DNA of 64,000 nucleotides, taken from the NCBI RefSeq assembly GCF_023055435.1, contig NW_025964001.1, positions 42,780,001 to 42,844,000 of the forward strand, written 5' to 3'. The stretch is from Haliotis rufescens (taxonomy: Eukaryota). Below the pieces are notes generated by a model. The model was not told where the DNA came from and ran no database searches. It worked only from the letters and a program-made list of their open reading frames with translations. Shown here piece by piece: positions 1 to 11,877 of this stretch; position 1 is the stretch's first letter, and each line of letters starts with the position of its first letter. The position numbers were made by a program, and so were the translations under genes.

Positions 1-371
1 AGAAACGCCCCAAAATCCAAGCTATCTGTTATCCCAAAACTTAAAATACATTCTCTTTGAAAGTTTCTGTCGTGTTTTCTGCACGAAATGCATTGCCACA
101 CATCCTTTGAATAACTCCTTTGGAGTAACCGCATTTTCTAACCTATAATTGTAATATAATTATTTAAATATGCATACCGACTTTAAAAAGTACTATTCAA
201 TCATTATTAGCTTTCGCTAAATGGGCTGTTTCAATCAGAAGGGGTTAAACGTGATTTGACAACCTCTTAGCGACCAGTCAGAATTGAGTAATTTCCAAAT
301 TCATGGTAGAATTAATAGTAATCGGAAGTGTCAGCTCAACAACTTGTTTGACGGCATAATGAAGGTTTCAG

Positions 372-1086
372 AATACAAGATGACAGCAGTGACAAGAGGA
401 ATTTGTCTTGGCATAAACAACAGTTTAAAAAAGGATACCCTTCACGATCAGGCACAGAAGTCGATGTTGAGAAATTAAGAGAACTGTTCACTAAACTCCA
501 GTTTACTGTGGATGTAAGATTAAATCTTGCTTCAAAGGAGATGAAGATAACATTAACGAGAAGTGCCAAAGAAGACCACAGCAAGTATGATGCATTTTTT
601 TATTTAACAAATGGCACAGTAAATGGTGTACGAGGAACACATGGCGTCGCTGTAAGCATGGACGATCTTACATCTCCCGTTGAAGCATCAAAGTGTACAA
701 CTTTATGGGGTAAACCCAAACTCGTCTTCATTCAAGCATCCAGAGGGGAACTTGTAATGAATAATAAAGTAACAGAAAGCCAGACTGTTGCTGATCACGC
801 AGACTTTCTCATGGGATATAGCACTGTGCAGAGTTATACTGGTGCCAGGAACAACAGAGACGTCAGTTACTTCATCAAGAGTCTGACTCGTATCCTGGAC
901 ATGTATGGTAACCAACGCGACCTTTTGAGCTGTCTGTCAATGATAAACAGAGAAGTGTCACTGTTTAAAATGGCTCCAAATGGGCTCCATCATAACCAGG
1001 TGCCTGCTCCGATTTTCACTCTCACAATGAAGGTTCACTTGACCAGCGATCCTCAGTGTCTCTATCCTTGGCTACATTTGCCGTAG
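372..1086 (+). pseudogene. Terminal (caspase-domain) exon of a caspase-like paralog; frameshifted and catalytically dead
   Basis: Acceptor TTTCAG|AATACAAGATG matches the last exon of the 6434-9392 gene. MTAVTRGICLGINN is in one frame and FKKGYPSRSGTEVD...KPKLVFIQASRG...QVPAP in another: about 4 nt are missing near 420 relative to the paralog, plus an in-frame 6-nt loss (AFFYLTNG vs AFVCFILTNG). Upstream exons would lie outside the window. Confidence 0.8.
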
Positions 1087-1943
1087 AATGAGAAGGCAAC
1101 GTCATATCATTCAAATATAGGTTGCAAATAAACTTGTATCCTTGCAATGTGCCCGTTTTGGGTCCGTGGCACAGCTCAGCCCTATACCTTCTTTGCAGTA
1201 GTTGTGTTTAAAGGATACAAATATAAATTTTACGAGATTGTGTCCATGTGTCAGTTCACTTGCATATGCTATCATGGCGGGCAATAGTTAGAGAAATTTG
1301 ATAACAATGTTCGAAAAATGTTGTGAATTTAATGTTATTAAATGAATGTTATAAAATGTTATCAATTGAATGCTATGAAGTGATCACTGCTAAAACAAGT
1401 CAATGCTGCAATTACATGTCTTGTATTTTGTTTTATCCAAGATGGCGGACGTTTCCGAGCGAAAACGTATATAACGAACAACGGATATAACGAACTGATT
1501 TCTCTGGTCCCTTGTAGTTCGTTATATCCATGTTCTACTGCACTTTTGTTTTGTTTTCTGGCTGTTTTCTCAAAGACGCTAGGGTTATTTCTACTGGACG
1601 GTTTTCTGAATGATGCCTTTAAGGACAAACCTCGTGTAGTGTCACACCATCTGGTTCATACGCTTCAATATGAATGTCAGTGTGAAAATTACTTTTACAG
1701 TTGTACAATCACCTATTTTCGAGAGGTATTTGTTATAAACAAATGTTCAATATCACTGTCAGTAAACTAATTTAAAACATGTACTTGATCTTCTTCACAC
1801 TTGAACCCTTCAAAATATCAATTTATGGTGCCATTGTGTTATTCAAAGGTTTAATATATCATATATTTTCACCAAGCGTGGTTTGGTTACATCGCCATGT
1901 GCTATGTGGAGTGTTTCTCATGTTCTCAGGGTTTCTATGTGAA

Positions 1944-1968
1944 GTGTGTGTGTGTGTGTGTGTGTGTG
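1944..1968. repeat. (GT)n microsatellite
   Basis: Direct observation. Confidence 0.9.
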
Positions 1969-2236
1969 AACATTGGATGAATTGGGATATTACAGCTGTT
2001 GGCGATTCCAGGAATAGGGTCTTATATGTCAAAATAGTGATATTTTGTATTGATTTCAATTAGAAAAGACTGCCTTCACGACCTCAGACTCCCAAAATAA
2101 CATTCCTTCCGGTGCTGCTTGGTGAAGCATATTTCCTACGCATTTACTTTAAGAAGTTTTCTATTGTATTGAATATTCCTTATATGAATGTCCTTTTTTG
2201 TGGTTCTTTGAGGATCGTGAAGAGTGAGTGATTGCC

Positions 2237-2642
2237 CATTTTCCCGAGACGAGGGAGTTAACTGAACAAGGCGGGAAATATGGAGCGACATTTTGGCTGG
2301 ACTAACGAGTCTATGCATAGTCCATTCAAAATCGCGGAACGAACTAGACATCCTATTCATAAACAATATGGCGACTGCCCTGCAGATTTTGATCAATTTG
2401 CAGGATTTGCAGAGCATGTGTATTGTCAACTGGGCGGCGACAGATGTTTTCCATTATTTGTATGCTTGTTATCAAGGTACTCAAGTGATTTCATGTACTT
2501 AGCGGGGTAAGACCCATTTTATTGCAATAAAGATCCTGATTATCGATCGGATCGTCTGGACTGGGCGCCGCCATTTTGTTTGAGGAAAATGCAAGTGACA
2601 TGAGAGGTGGAATCTGATTGGACACTGGTGGCGCTACGATCG
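2237..2642. mobile_element. Partial copy of the CATCTTCC-terminated MITE family
   Basis: Starts CATTTTCCCGAGACGAGGGAGTTAACTGA; internal sequence aligns by eye with 31847-32353. Confidence 0.7.
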
Positions 2643-2859
2643 AGACAATAAATACTATCTTGTGTTAACCGAGTGTTATGGACGGAGTGGCGATTTGTTA
2701 CTGAGGCATCGTTTTCATATTTACATGCGATTCCAAACATCCAAGTTGTGCAATCGCAAGTGCTGGAGAGGCCCCTTACAACTTGTACAAAAAGATGTTC
2801 TGCAGAATAGCTGTTCAACTCATACACTAACATATAATCTTCGCCCAGGAGACATAGCT

Positions 2860-3614
2860 ATTTATCTCACCTTACATTAAAATATGTCTTCTAAATGGTT
2901 AAGAAGCGGACAATTATTTTCTTTGTAGCCCGCTCATGTAGCCCACTGTGAGATCAATCGGAACACATCTCAGGTAACTTTTATATCTCGAATAATATGT
3001 AGTTTTGAATTGAAATGAAGCTGTGTGAATCCGAATGTATTTGGTAAAGAGAAGTTACTCGGTTCGTTTTGCTTCGTCTTCCCTTTGGGTTGTTTTTTTT
3101 TACCGAAGGACACGTATTTCGTACCTGTTGATGAATGTCGGTAAGATAAATTCGTTGTCATCTGATCCCTCGGGCCACATGGTGTGATGTACCCTGTGTG
3201 TGAGCCTATGTTCCCATCGCCCGACATACAGGGTACATCACACCACATACCCCTCGAGATCGGTGGACAACTTATGTTATATTACCTTACATTAAACTAG
3301 TAGTTTCTGATTGGTTAAGGAGCCTGCAGTTATTTTCCATGTAGCCCGCTTACAGGTACAAATTTCATGTAGAACAAATTTTAGGCAACTTGCTTATCTC
3401 GCATAAGTATAGTTTCTGAAATGAACCGATGTTTTTCCGAATGCAATGGGTAAAGGGAATTAACTCGGTTTGTTTGCGTCGTCACTTAGAGTTATACATA
3501 TATTTCGGAACCGTATGAATGAATGTCGGTACGACAGACTCTGGTGTGATGTACTGTGTGTGTGAGCCTGAAGGCTCGGGGTGCATGGGCTCACACACAG
3601 GGTACATCACACAA
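2860..3614. repeat. Diverged ~415-bp direct repeat (2 units), each ending in a TGGTGTGATGTAC...GTACATCACAC hairpin
   Basis: ACCTTACATTAAA...TGTAGCCCGCT...CCGAATG...ACTCGGTT occurs at ~2869 and ~3284; palindromes at ~3180-3246 and ~3542-3613. Confidence 0.6.
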
Positions 3615-4209
3615 GATTCTTGTAGTGTAACATCATGCCTGACCCACAGACGCTCTTCGACCCTGAGATATGCAGAAGATACGGTATGCGACGGGCGTTT
3701 GGTTCGTTTGTATTCGATCCTGGTGAAATGAAATTATAAATCATCTGGTATTCTGACCTCCAAAAAACCCATAGAAATGCATCAATTGGTGACGTTGCCA
3801 GACGTTCATTGAAAAATGTGAATAATACGTTTATACAGGAGACATAGTAGAAGGGTTTAGAAGGAGGTTTTGCGTTATTTTTAAATTCTCCTTGATAGCT
3901 GTATCTTAGTATTAAATCAATTAAATGAATAATTGAGTTTTACTCCTCCTTGAAGAGTATTCCAGTTCTATCACGGATGAGTCAGCTGCGAAAAAGGTTA
4001 GAATACCAGAGAGGATCACTAAAACAGACTGGGTACCTGGGCAAGTGTTGTGTTTTATATGACACCTTGGTAAGAACAAGCTAGCAAATCCAAACTATCA
4101 AACAAAGGACCTGTCAAAGCTTCAGAGAGAAAAGACCAAACTCAGATGTATTGTCTGCGAAAATCTCATCCCCAGAATTTCAACGCAGGACATCACACCT
4201 GGTACTGGT

Positions 4210-4397
4210 GAAGTCGAATTGAAGCAGGTCTCAGACGTTTACCCTCTGGTGAAACCCACGAGCATGGTGCTGTCAAACCTAGAAATATAATCACAACGAA
4301 TCTAAGATTCGTACCCACGGTCATAGGTTTCTGGTACGCACAAGGGACGCAACTCGCGCCGCGTAGTGCAGTGCCTTAGATGACTTGGCTAGCCCTG
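4210..4397 (-). mobile_element. SINE family D (tRNA-Leu-like head), diverged
   Basis: GCAGGTCTCAGACGTTTACC...AAACCTAGAAA...CATAGGTTTCTGG...CAAGGGACGCAACTC is shared with 11878-12095 and 44494-44735. Confidence 0.65.
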
Positions 4398-5198
4398 GTC
4401 ATAAATCATTAAATCAATATTGATAAGATCAACTGAAAATTTCATAATTGAATCATAACTATGAATAACTTTGATGACTGCAGTCGAATATTGACAATGG
4501 TCCGCAGGATCTTTTTGTTTGAGGGTTTATGCGCGCGTGAAGACATACACTGCGGTGTGTATATGTGACCTGTGTAGACTTGCTCAAGTCTCTAATGCAA
4601 AAATGGTTAGTTTAAATCATAATTTCTAGATCACATAAATAAGAAGAACAAGTCGTCCCTATAAGAGACCGGCGTCCTTGTTTCTGAATACCACATTCCA
4701 TTGCCTTGTCAATATTATGTTCTATAATTACATACCACAATAACAATTTTTGACATATGGCTATTGGACAAATCATTTACAAACATATGAGCACTGATAC
4801 AAACAGTTTATACACAGAATGGAATCCAACTCAAAAATGGTCTCACGTGTGAAAAATAAACTGATGGGTGGAAAACGGGGGCCGTGTGGTCAGGTATAGT
4901 TATATACACCCATGGACTTAGTATTCAGTACAGCCTTGGAGCACGGTTATGGTCTGTGTTACCGTGGTAGATAAACTCACCCAATGAGACTGTGTTGCTA
5001 GGATACCAATACCAGAGGCACTATGGATCAGTATTCCGACAGGCATCGCAATGCAAGTACACTATTAATAAACATGACTTTGCAAAGCGTTGAAGCGGAA
5101 CTTTGACACAGCGAAAACCGCATACCACAGCAGCCGAAGCGAGACTGGTCCACACATAAACCGTTCTTTAAATAGATATACACCCTTGCCCTCTGACC

Positions 5199-5392
5199 TA
5201 TATAATCTGCGCTCACTGAGCGCACAGGTTATGGGGTAGGCCTAGCGCTGCATGGAAAGTCTGCATGCATCTTAATAGCCCACGACCCATGGTGAAAGTT
5301 ACACGTGTGTCTGTTCTTCCAGCTGAGCTGTCCTCGTGTCATCGTGTCCTTGGGTCCTGGTGTACTCAACACAGAGCCGTGAAACTGACAGT
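5199..5392 (+). promoter_or_regulatory. Putative promoter and non-coding first exon of the CARD pseudo-caspase
   Basis: TATATAA at 5199, perfect palindrome TGCGCTCA-C-TGAGCGCA at 5208-5224, strong donor GTGAGT at 5393, and a plausible acceptor at 6421 just before the ATG at 6434. Confidence 0.35.
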
Positions 5393-6433
5393 GTGAGTAT
5401 TAATCGCTGATCGCCATGTTCCTAACTCGGAAGTACACGCCCAGCACTTGCAGTGAGGACGTTGTGTACCATGAAACAGAACAACAGCATAACGCATGCA
5501 CGCATGTCTCACTTAATTCATATTAATACACTCTGTAGACGAATGTATGCATTCATTCTCCACTTGCAGAAACTGGGCCGGACAGGGTAGTTGGTGTTCT
5601 ACTTAGCTGTGATGACAAAGGGAAATTCGAACTGAAAGGTTGATCTGGTATGATCTGGTATGAGAAAATAAATATGTCCGTATGCATATATGTAGTAAAA
5701 CACAATCCCATCCCTTATGTATTGTTCTCAGCCCTATATCCGTGTCCATTTCTATAAACCCTTACCTCACATCTATATATATACTATGCCTATCGAATTC
5801 GCCTAGTTTACACACGGGTGTGTTAATCTCGGCTTGTCAGTTGGGCTAAGGTCAAGACAGCTGGCATAATAACACTGAGTATTTCTACACTTCATGTCGC
5901 CGACATAATATGCCAGCCTTAAACCTATCGGGCGTTATAATCTTTACATTACGATCGATATGATTCAAGCAAATGTTGGTATTTGACCTGTTATATAACC
6001 GTTAACTCACGTTATGTTATCGACTTATATATAAATCATCCTCGGGCATTTGTCTCTTGTAGTAATGAGATTGTTGGGCATTTTCCACTTGTTTATAACT
6101 GACTAGTTCTTAAACCTGATTTCATCAATTATAAATCAATTTAATGGTTATAGAGCATCCGCGGTGTCAGGTTTGGTTGCTTCTCCTAATCTACTGGTTA
6201 GATAAAGCACTGTTGGCAGCAAGTATAACAGAAATATGAAACGCCAACGCAAGAACAACCAGTCTCAATGCCATCGTGCGTGATAGGCAAAATACCGGTT
6301 AAAATTATATGAATGTTGAAACTAGATGTTCGCGAAAAGGGTAAGCACGTCCTGCCCTGCACGTGTTCTATGTTAGCCTGTGACTAGATATATTGATGTC
6401 TATCCTCACATCTATTAATAGATAGGTATCAAG

Positions 6434-9392
6434 ATGACCACGGAGAAGAGACGCTTGCCTTATGCAAAGGAGTTTGTCCGGAGTCTGGTGGAGACGACCG
6501 ATGACGAGGAGCGAGTGGCTGAGGTCGAACAGTTCCTGCTGGAGACGATGTCACAGACACTGGCGGAGGTGGAGACGCGGTTCAGAACGTACATGCAGAA
6601 GCTACATCAAGTGACAGGCGAGCAGAATTCCCAGACGATGCGTAGTACGATAACCCGGATGGAAAAACAGATCAACTCGAGATTCCACACAAAAGACTCC
6701 TTCGGTTTGTTTTTTTACATCAAATACTGGTAATGAATAGATGATAATTCAGCTGATATCTTAACCTCCACTAACTCATAGACATGTGTTTTTTGTCAAG
6801 GTCCTGGTATCTAAAAAAGAGTCTTTAAAAGATGTGGAGACATGGTGCAGAGGTTAACATGAAGGATTTCAGAAGTTGATTTTTTCTACTTTTTCGTGTG
6901 CAGCCTTTCTTATGTGTCAATACTAGTAGTCATTAAACTGAGACAATGTGACAAATGATTTAAATACCGCATTACTAATAAATAACTTATTACTTTGGTT
7001 TTGGGTTGTTTTTTTTGCATTTAACAGAAAAGAGGTCAAAGGTTAGTCATATACACAGAGAGGCTCTGAGGAACTGCTACACTTTGCTCACAAGTGACCT
7101 TGAACTCTTCAAATCCAGCATCATTGATGACCTTCTAGCATCGGATGTGATGTCCGTGTCAGACAAGGACAGTATCAGAGGTAAAGACTCGAGGAGAGGT
7201 CAGAACGAGGAATTCTTCAGCTACATCGTGGGGCGTCTGTCTTTTGAGGACTTCCACCGCCTCCTGCTGCCTGCCCTGAGGAAGGATCATCGTCACGTGG
7301 CGGAGGCGCTGATCTCGGAACTGGACAGACTGGAGGAGGAGCATGAGGAGGAGCAGTGCGTGGCCTGTAGAGCCAGGAGATATGTGCAGGTGAGGAAGGA
7401 GTTTCGTATAAAAGGAATTGACTGTTTCAATATTCAGGTTTCCAACAAGAAAATCGTTTATGCCATCTGCAATGAAGATATCGCCATACTTCCTTATCTT
7501 TTACTTTTAGAATCCCCATTCGCTGCACTATTCTCAACATCTAGCACATACTACTGGACCCTCGTGAACTAAGTGACCATCAGCTCAAATAATTATGATG
7601 AACATTTTGAACAGATTCTGTAATATTATTGAACGGCTGATACATAAAATATAGTATATAGTGGAATTTGTTTTTCGTGATTATTAAAAGTATTACATTT
7701 ATCAAAATATGACTACACCTATAGCCCCTAAAGAATTTTTGTTTTCACATTGACAGCTCAAAAGGGTGGCAACTCCTTTGCTACAACAAAAGATTATAGA
7801 AATTCCTCTGTTTGGCGATCTCAAGAGTTCTGGAATGTCCAACAATACCAAATGGACAGAGCTTAGGAAAGAGGTGTCCGACAAAGACATCATTGCTGCC
7901 ATGGCTAAAAAGTATCCTGATCTACACAAGGAATTTAAGCAACTGGAGTGTGACACTCTGAACTGTTCTTGTCCCACTCGCGACGTTCAGGACACTGGTG
8001 TTCCAGAAACACCAGAGAGAGTCTTCACTGCACAGGAAAGTGTCAGTGAATATGAGAGCTGCTTGACAGATTCTTTTGAGATCGAAGAAATTGAAAATAT
8101 AATGGGTGATCTGTCGTTCCAAACAGATAAGTTTGAGGAAGGTAAATTGTCGTTCAGTTGCGTATAATACATCAATACATGAACATTACAGTTTTGGAAT
8201 GTTTATTATTTATAAGCTGCCGGGAAAAAGAATGTATACACCCATATTTGATGGTGGCTAAAAATGAAACAAACAAGGAATGGTTATTCGACGGTGATGT
8301 ATTTGATGCGGGTATGAGAGTTGTGTTTTAGGCCTTTCAGCCCAGTAACGTTTTGATCACGGTTATATTTTTTTGGTCAAATCCAAATTTTAAGTGTACA
8401 CTTTTTTGACCCGGCAGTTTAGTTTACACATGTGACAGCTCTGGACTGATGCTGAAATCACCATTAATCAGTGACTCTGTTTTATGTCCAACTGTGCAAA
8501 TGCTTGCGTCCGATAACATTCAACAGGCTGTCTGGGTTTCTTACATTAAACAGGCAATTATTTTACACAGAGTTTCCGAAGGATCAATGTTTGAAGCCTT
8601 GTTGCAACATTTCTGGGTTTTTTTGTTTCAGAATACAAGATGACAGCTGTTCCTAGAGGCATCTGTGTCATCATCAACAATAAACGCTTCAAGAAAGGCT
8701 TCCCGACAAGAAGAGGGGGAGTGGACATTGACGAAGAACATTTGAGTGAATTGTTCACTAAACTCCAGTTCACCATAAATTTGCAAACAGATTTAACGTC
8801 AGTCGATATGATGAACAAACTAAAGAGCTATGCCGAACAAGATCACAGCGAGTACGACGCGTTTGTTTGTTTTATTCTCACAAATGGTACCGAATACGGT
8901 GTCGCTGGAAGCGATGGTAAACTAGTAAAAGTGCAAGATCTTACGTCAATGTTCCACGCATCAAAGTGTCCAACGTTAGCAGGCAAACCCAAAATGTTCT
9001 TCATCCAAGCATCAAGAGGAGGCAATTTCATGAGTGAATTGGTTCAGGATGACAAGTCGGATATTTCAACTGCTGACGAAGCCGACATTTTCATTGGGCA
9101 CAGCACCGTTCAGGGATACAACAGTGCCAGAAATACAAAATATGGCAGTTATTTCGTCAGTGCTTTGGTCAGAACGTTAGACAACCACGGTGATCAGCAG
9201 GACCTCTTGAGTTGCCTGGCGATGGTCAACAAGGATATATCAAGGATACGAATGGGTCACAAATGGGAAACATATAAACAGGTGCCCGCCCCACAGTTTA
9301 CTCTGACAAAGAAGGTGTACCTGACAAGTGATCCGCAGTGGCCTTATCCCAGTCTGGCGTCCACGGACACTTTAGGGGAGGAGAATCCATGA
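6434..9392 (+). CDS. CARD-containing caspase-like protein, catalytically inactive (pseudo-caspase), 592 aa; exons 6434-6704, 7028-7389, 7757-8141, 8632-9392
   Basis: GT-AG junctions with compatible phases (1,0,1) join into a 1779-nt ORF. Exon 2 is CARD-like (HREALRNCYTLLTSDL...IIDDLLASDVMSVSDKDSI...). The last exon has the caspase p20/p10 fold (RGICVIINN, YDAFVCFILTNG, CPTLAGKPKMFFIQASRG, ADIFIGHST, GSYFV, QVP). Confidence 0.88.
8213..8421. mobile_element. Tc1/mariner-type MITE in the last caspase intron
   Basis: Inverted ends CTGCCGGGAAAAAGAATGTATACAC / GTGTACACTTTTTTGACCCGGCAG with TA-like flanks; homologous to 60204-60893. Confidence 0.6.
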
Positions 9393-9415
9393 TTTTGGGG
9401 GGGATTAGAGGGAGT

Positions 9416-9688
9416 TGGATGGTTGGTTGGTTGGTTGTTTTACGCCGCAGTCAGCAATATCCCAGCTATACGACTGCGGTCTGTAAATAATAGAGTCTGG
9501 ACCAGACAATCCAGTGATTGATATCATGAGCATCGATCCACTCAATTGGGATCGCTGACATGCTTCAACCAAGTCAGCGAGCCTAACCACCCGATCCCTT
9601 AAGTCGCCTCTTACGACAAGCTTAGTCGCCTTTTTACGGCAAGCATGGGTTGCTGAAGACCTATTCTTACCCGGATCTTTCACGGGTC
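9416..9688 (-). mobile_element. SINE family C (GACCCGTGAAGATCCGGG head) in the caspase 3' UTR
   Basis: 11-bp TSD TTAGAGGGAGT at 9405-9415 and 9689-9699; (CAAC)n tail; several other copies in the window. Confidence 0.85.
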
Positions 9689-9799
9689 TTAGAGGGAGTA
9701 CAGACTTTGCTGGTATGGGACAATGAAAGACCTTGAGATGATAAGTAAAATCCCAGATCCCAGGTCTTTAAGAGAATCACAACTCACGGGGAATTACTG

Positions 9800-10470
9800 G
9801 AATCACAGATCCTTATATTATTGTGAGAGTCGCAGATCCTGGTGCTTTTATGAGAGTCGCAGATCCTGCTGTTATTATGATAGTCACAGATGTTGATGTT
9901 ATTATCAGAGTCGCAGAACCTGCTGTTATTATCAGAGTCACAGACCCTGTAGTTATTATGAGAGTCGCAGATCCTGATGTTATTATGACAGACACAGATC
10001 ATGTTATTATCAGAGTCGCAGAACTTGTTATTATGATAGTCACAGACCCTGATGTTAATATGATAGACAGAGATCATGATGTTATTATCAGAGTCGCAGA
10101 TCCTGGTGCTATTATGAGAGTCACAGACCCTGATGTTATTATGATAGACACAGATCCTGATGTTATTATCAGAGTCGCAGAACTTGTTATTATGATAGTC
10201 ACAGACCCTAATGTTATTATGATAGTCGCAGACCCTGGTGTTATTAGGAGAGTCGCAGATCCTGACGTTATTATGATAGTCGCAGATCCTGGTGTTATTA
10301 TCAGATTCACGGACCCTGATGTTATTAGGAGAGTCGCAGATCCTGACGTTATTATGATAGTCGCAGATCCTGGTGTTATTATCAGATTCACGGACCCTGA
10401 TGTTATTACGATCCTGGTGGTATGGTCACAGATCCTGGTGGTATGGTCACAGATCCTGGTGGTATGGTAT
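9800..10470. repeat. Minisatellite with 21-27-bp units (CAGATCCTGATGTTATTATGATAGTCG)
   Basis: Tandem units are visible and generate the repetitive ORFs 9823-10551 and 10074-10484. Confidence 0.9.
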
Positions 10471-10889
10471 TGGGAGAATGACACTACCGTACCGGGTGGT
10501 TATAAGGAGTATATTAAGATCGCCAGAGAAGAATATATGTGCGCTGTGTAAATATTCATATATCAAATGACAAGATTGAAAAAGTAAATAAATGAAACAT
10601 ATGCCCAGTTTGCGACTGACTGTCATCATCAACATTACTCAGGTGCTTGAATACTGTCACCTCAATCACATATCCGTGTCATACCCACATTGTGTTCAAC
10701 ATTAACGACTTTCTCAAGCACAGGATTGAATACACTCATGACTAATTGATACCAACCAACTGAGCAGCACGATTGTAGGACAAACACGTTTATATGTCCT
10801 GCTAATAAATATATTTTTATTACTGCTGCCTATGAATATTGTTTTTAAGCATTGTTGAGAGAAACGGTTGCATAAAAGCGTACAAGTTT

Positions 10890-11612
10890 TCCTGCGGGGC
10901 ACTTGCCACGGTTGTATAAAGGCCTCCATGTATGTCTGCGGGCGCCCTGTCACGTTGCTATAAAGACCTACATGTTTATCTGCGGGGCACCCTGTTACGG
11001 TTGTTTAAAGGCCTACATGTATGTCTGCGAGGCACCCTGTTACGGTTGTATAAAGGCCGACATGTATGTCTGCGGGGCACCCTGTCGCGTTGCTATAAAG
11101 ACCTACATGTTTGTCTGCGGGGCACCCTGTTACGGTTGTATAAAGGCCTACATGTATATCTGCGAGGCACCCTGTTACGGTTGTTTAAAGGCCGACATGT
11201 ATGTCTGCGGGGCACCCTGTCGCGTTGCTATAAAGACCTACATGTTTATCTGCGGGGCACCCTGTTACGGTTGTATAAAGGCCTACATGTATATCTGCGA
11301 GGCACCCTGTTACGGTTGTTTAAAGGCCTACATGTATGTCTGCGAGGCACCCTGATACGGTTGTATAAAGGCCTACATGTATGTCTGCGGGGCACCCTGT
11401 TACGGTTGTATAAAGGCCTCCATGTATGTCTGCGGGCGCCCTGTCACGTTGCTATAAAGGCCTACATGTATATCTGCGGGGCACCCTGTTACGGTTGTAT
11501 AAAGGCCTACATGTATATCTGCGAGGCACCCTGTTACGGTTGTATAAAGGCCTACATGTATGATTGCGGGGCACCCTGTCACGTTGGTATAAAGGTCTAC
11601 ATGTATATCTGC
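10890..11612. repeat. 45-bp minisatellite (GGCACCCTGTTACGGTTGTATAAAGGCCTACATGTATGTCTGCGG)
   Basis: About 16 tandem units; 15-aa periodicity in the overlapping ORFs. Confidence 0.92.
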
Positions 11613-11727
11613 GCCGAAGTTCTGGGTTCAATTCCCCACATGGTTACAATATGTGAAGCTCATTTTTGGTGTCCCGCGCGTAGATATTGCTGGAATACTG
11701 CTAAACGTGGCGTTAAACCATACTCAC
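11613..11727 (+). mobile_element. SINE family A, 5'-truncated
   Basis: GCCGAAG...GGGTTCAATTCCCCACATGG...GCTGGAATACTGCTAAACGTGGCGTTAAACCATACTCAC matches family A. Confidence 0.7.
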
Positions 11728-11877
11728 ATGGGCCTATACGTTGTATCTCTGCGAAGGTCCCTGTGACATTGGTATAAACACAAGTCTACACCTTGTGTCA
11801 TCGGTTTTCACAGGTGATCTTGATAAAATACTATGTATCCCGCCTTGGAGGGAAACACATTTCTCAGCGGGAGAATA

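Noticed and set aside
9784-11777. ORFs 9823-10551, 10903-11355 (Cys-rich) and 10932-11777 as proteins
   Set aside because: They coincide with minisatellites that are open in several frames and strands, with no unique coding sequence or splice support.
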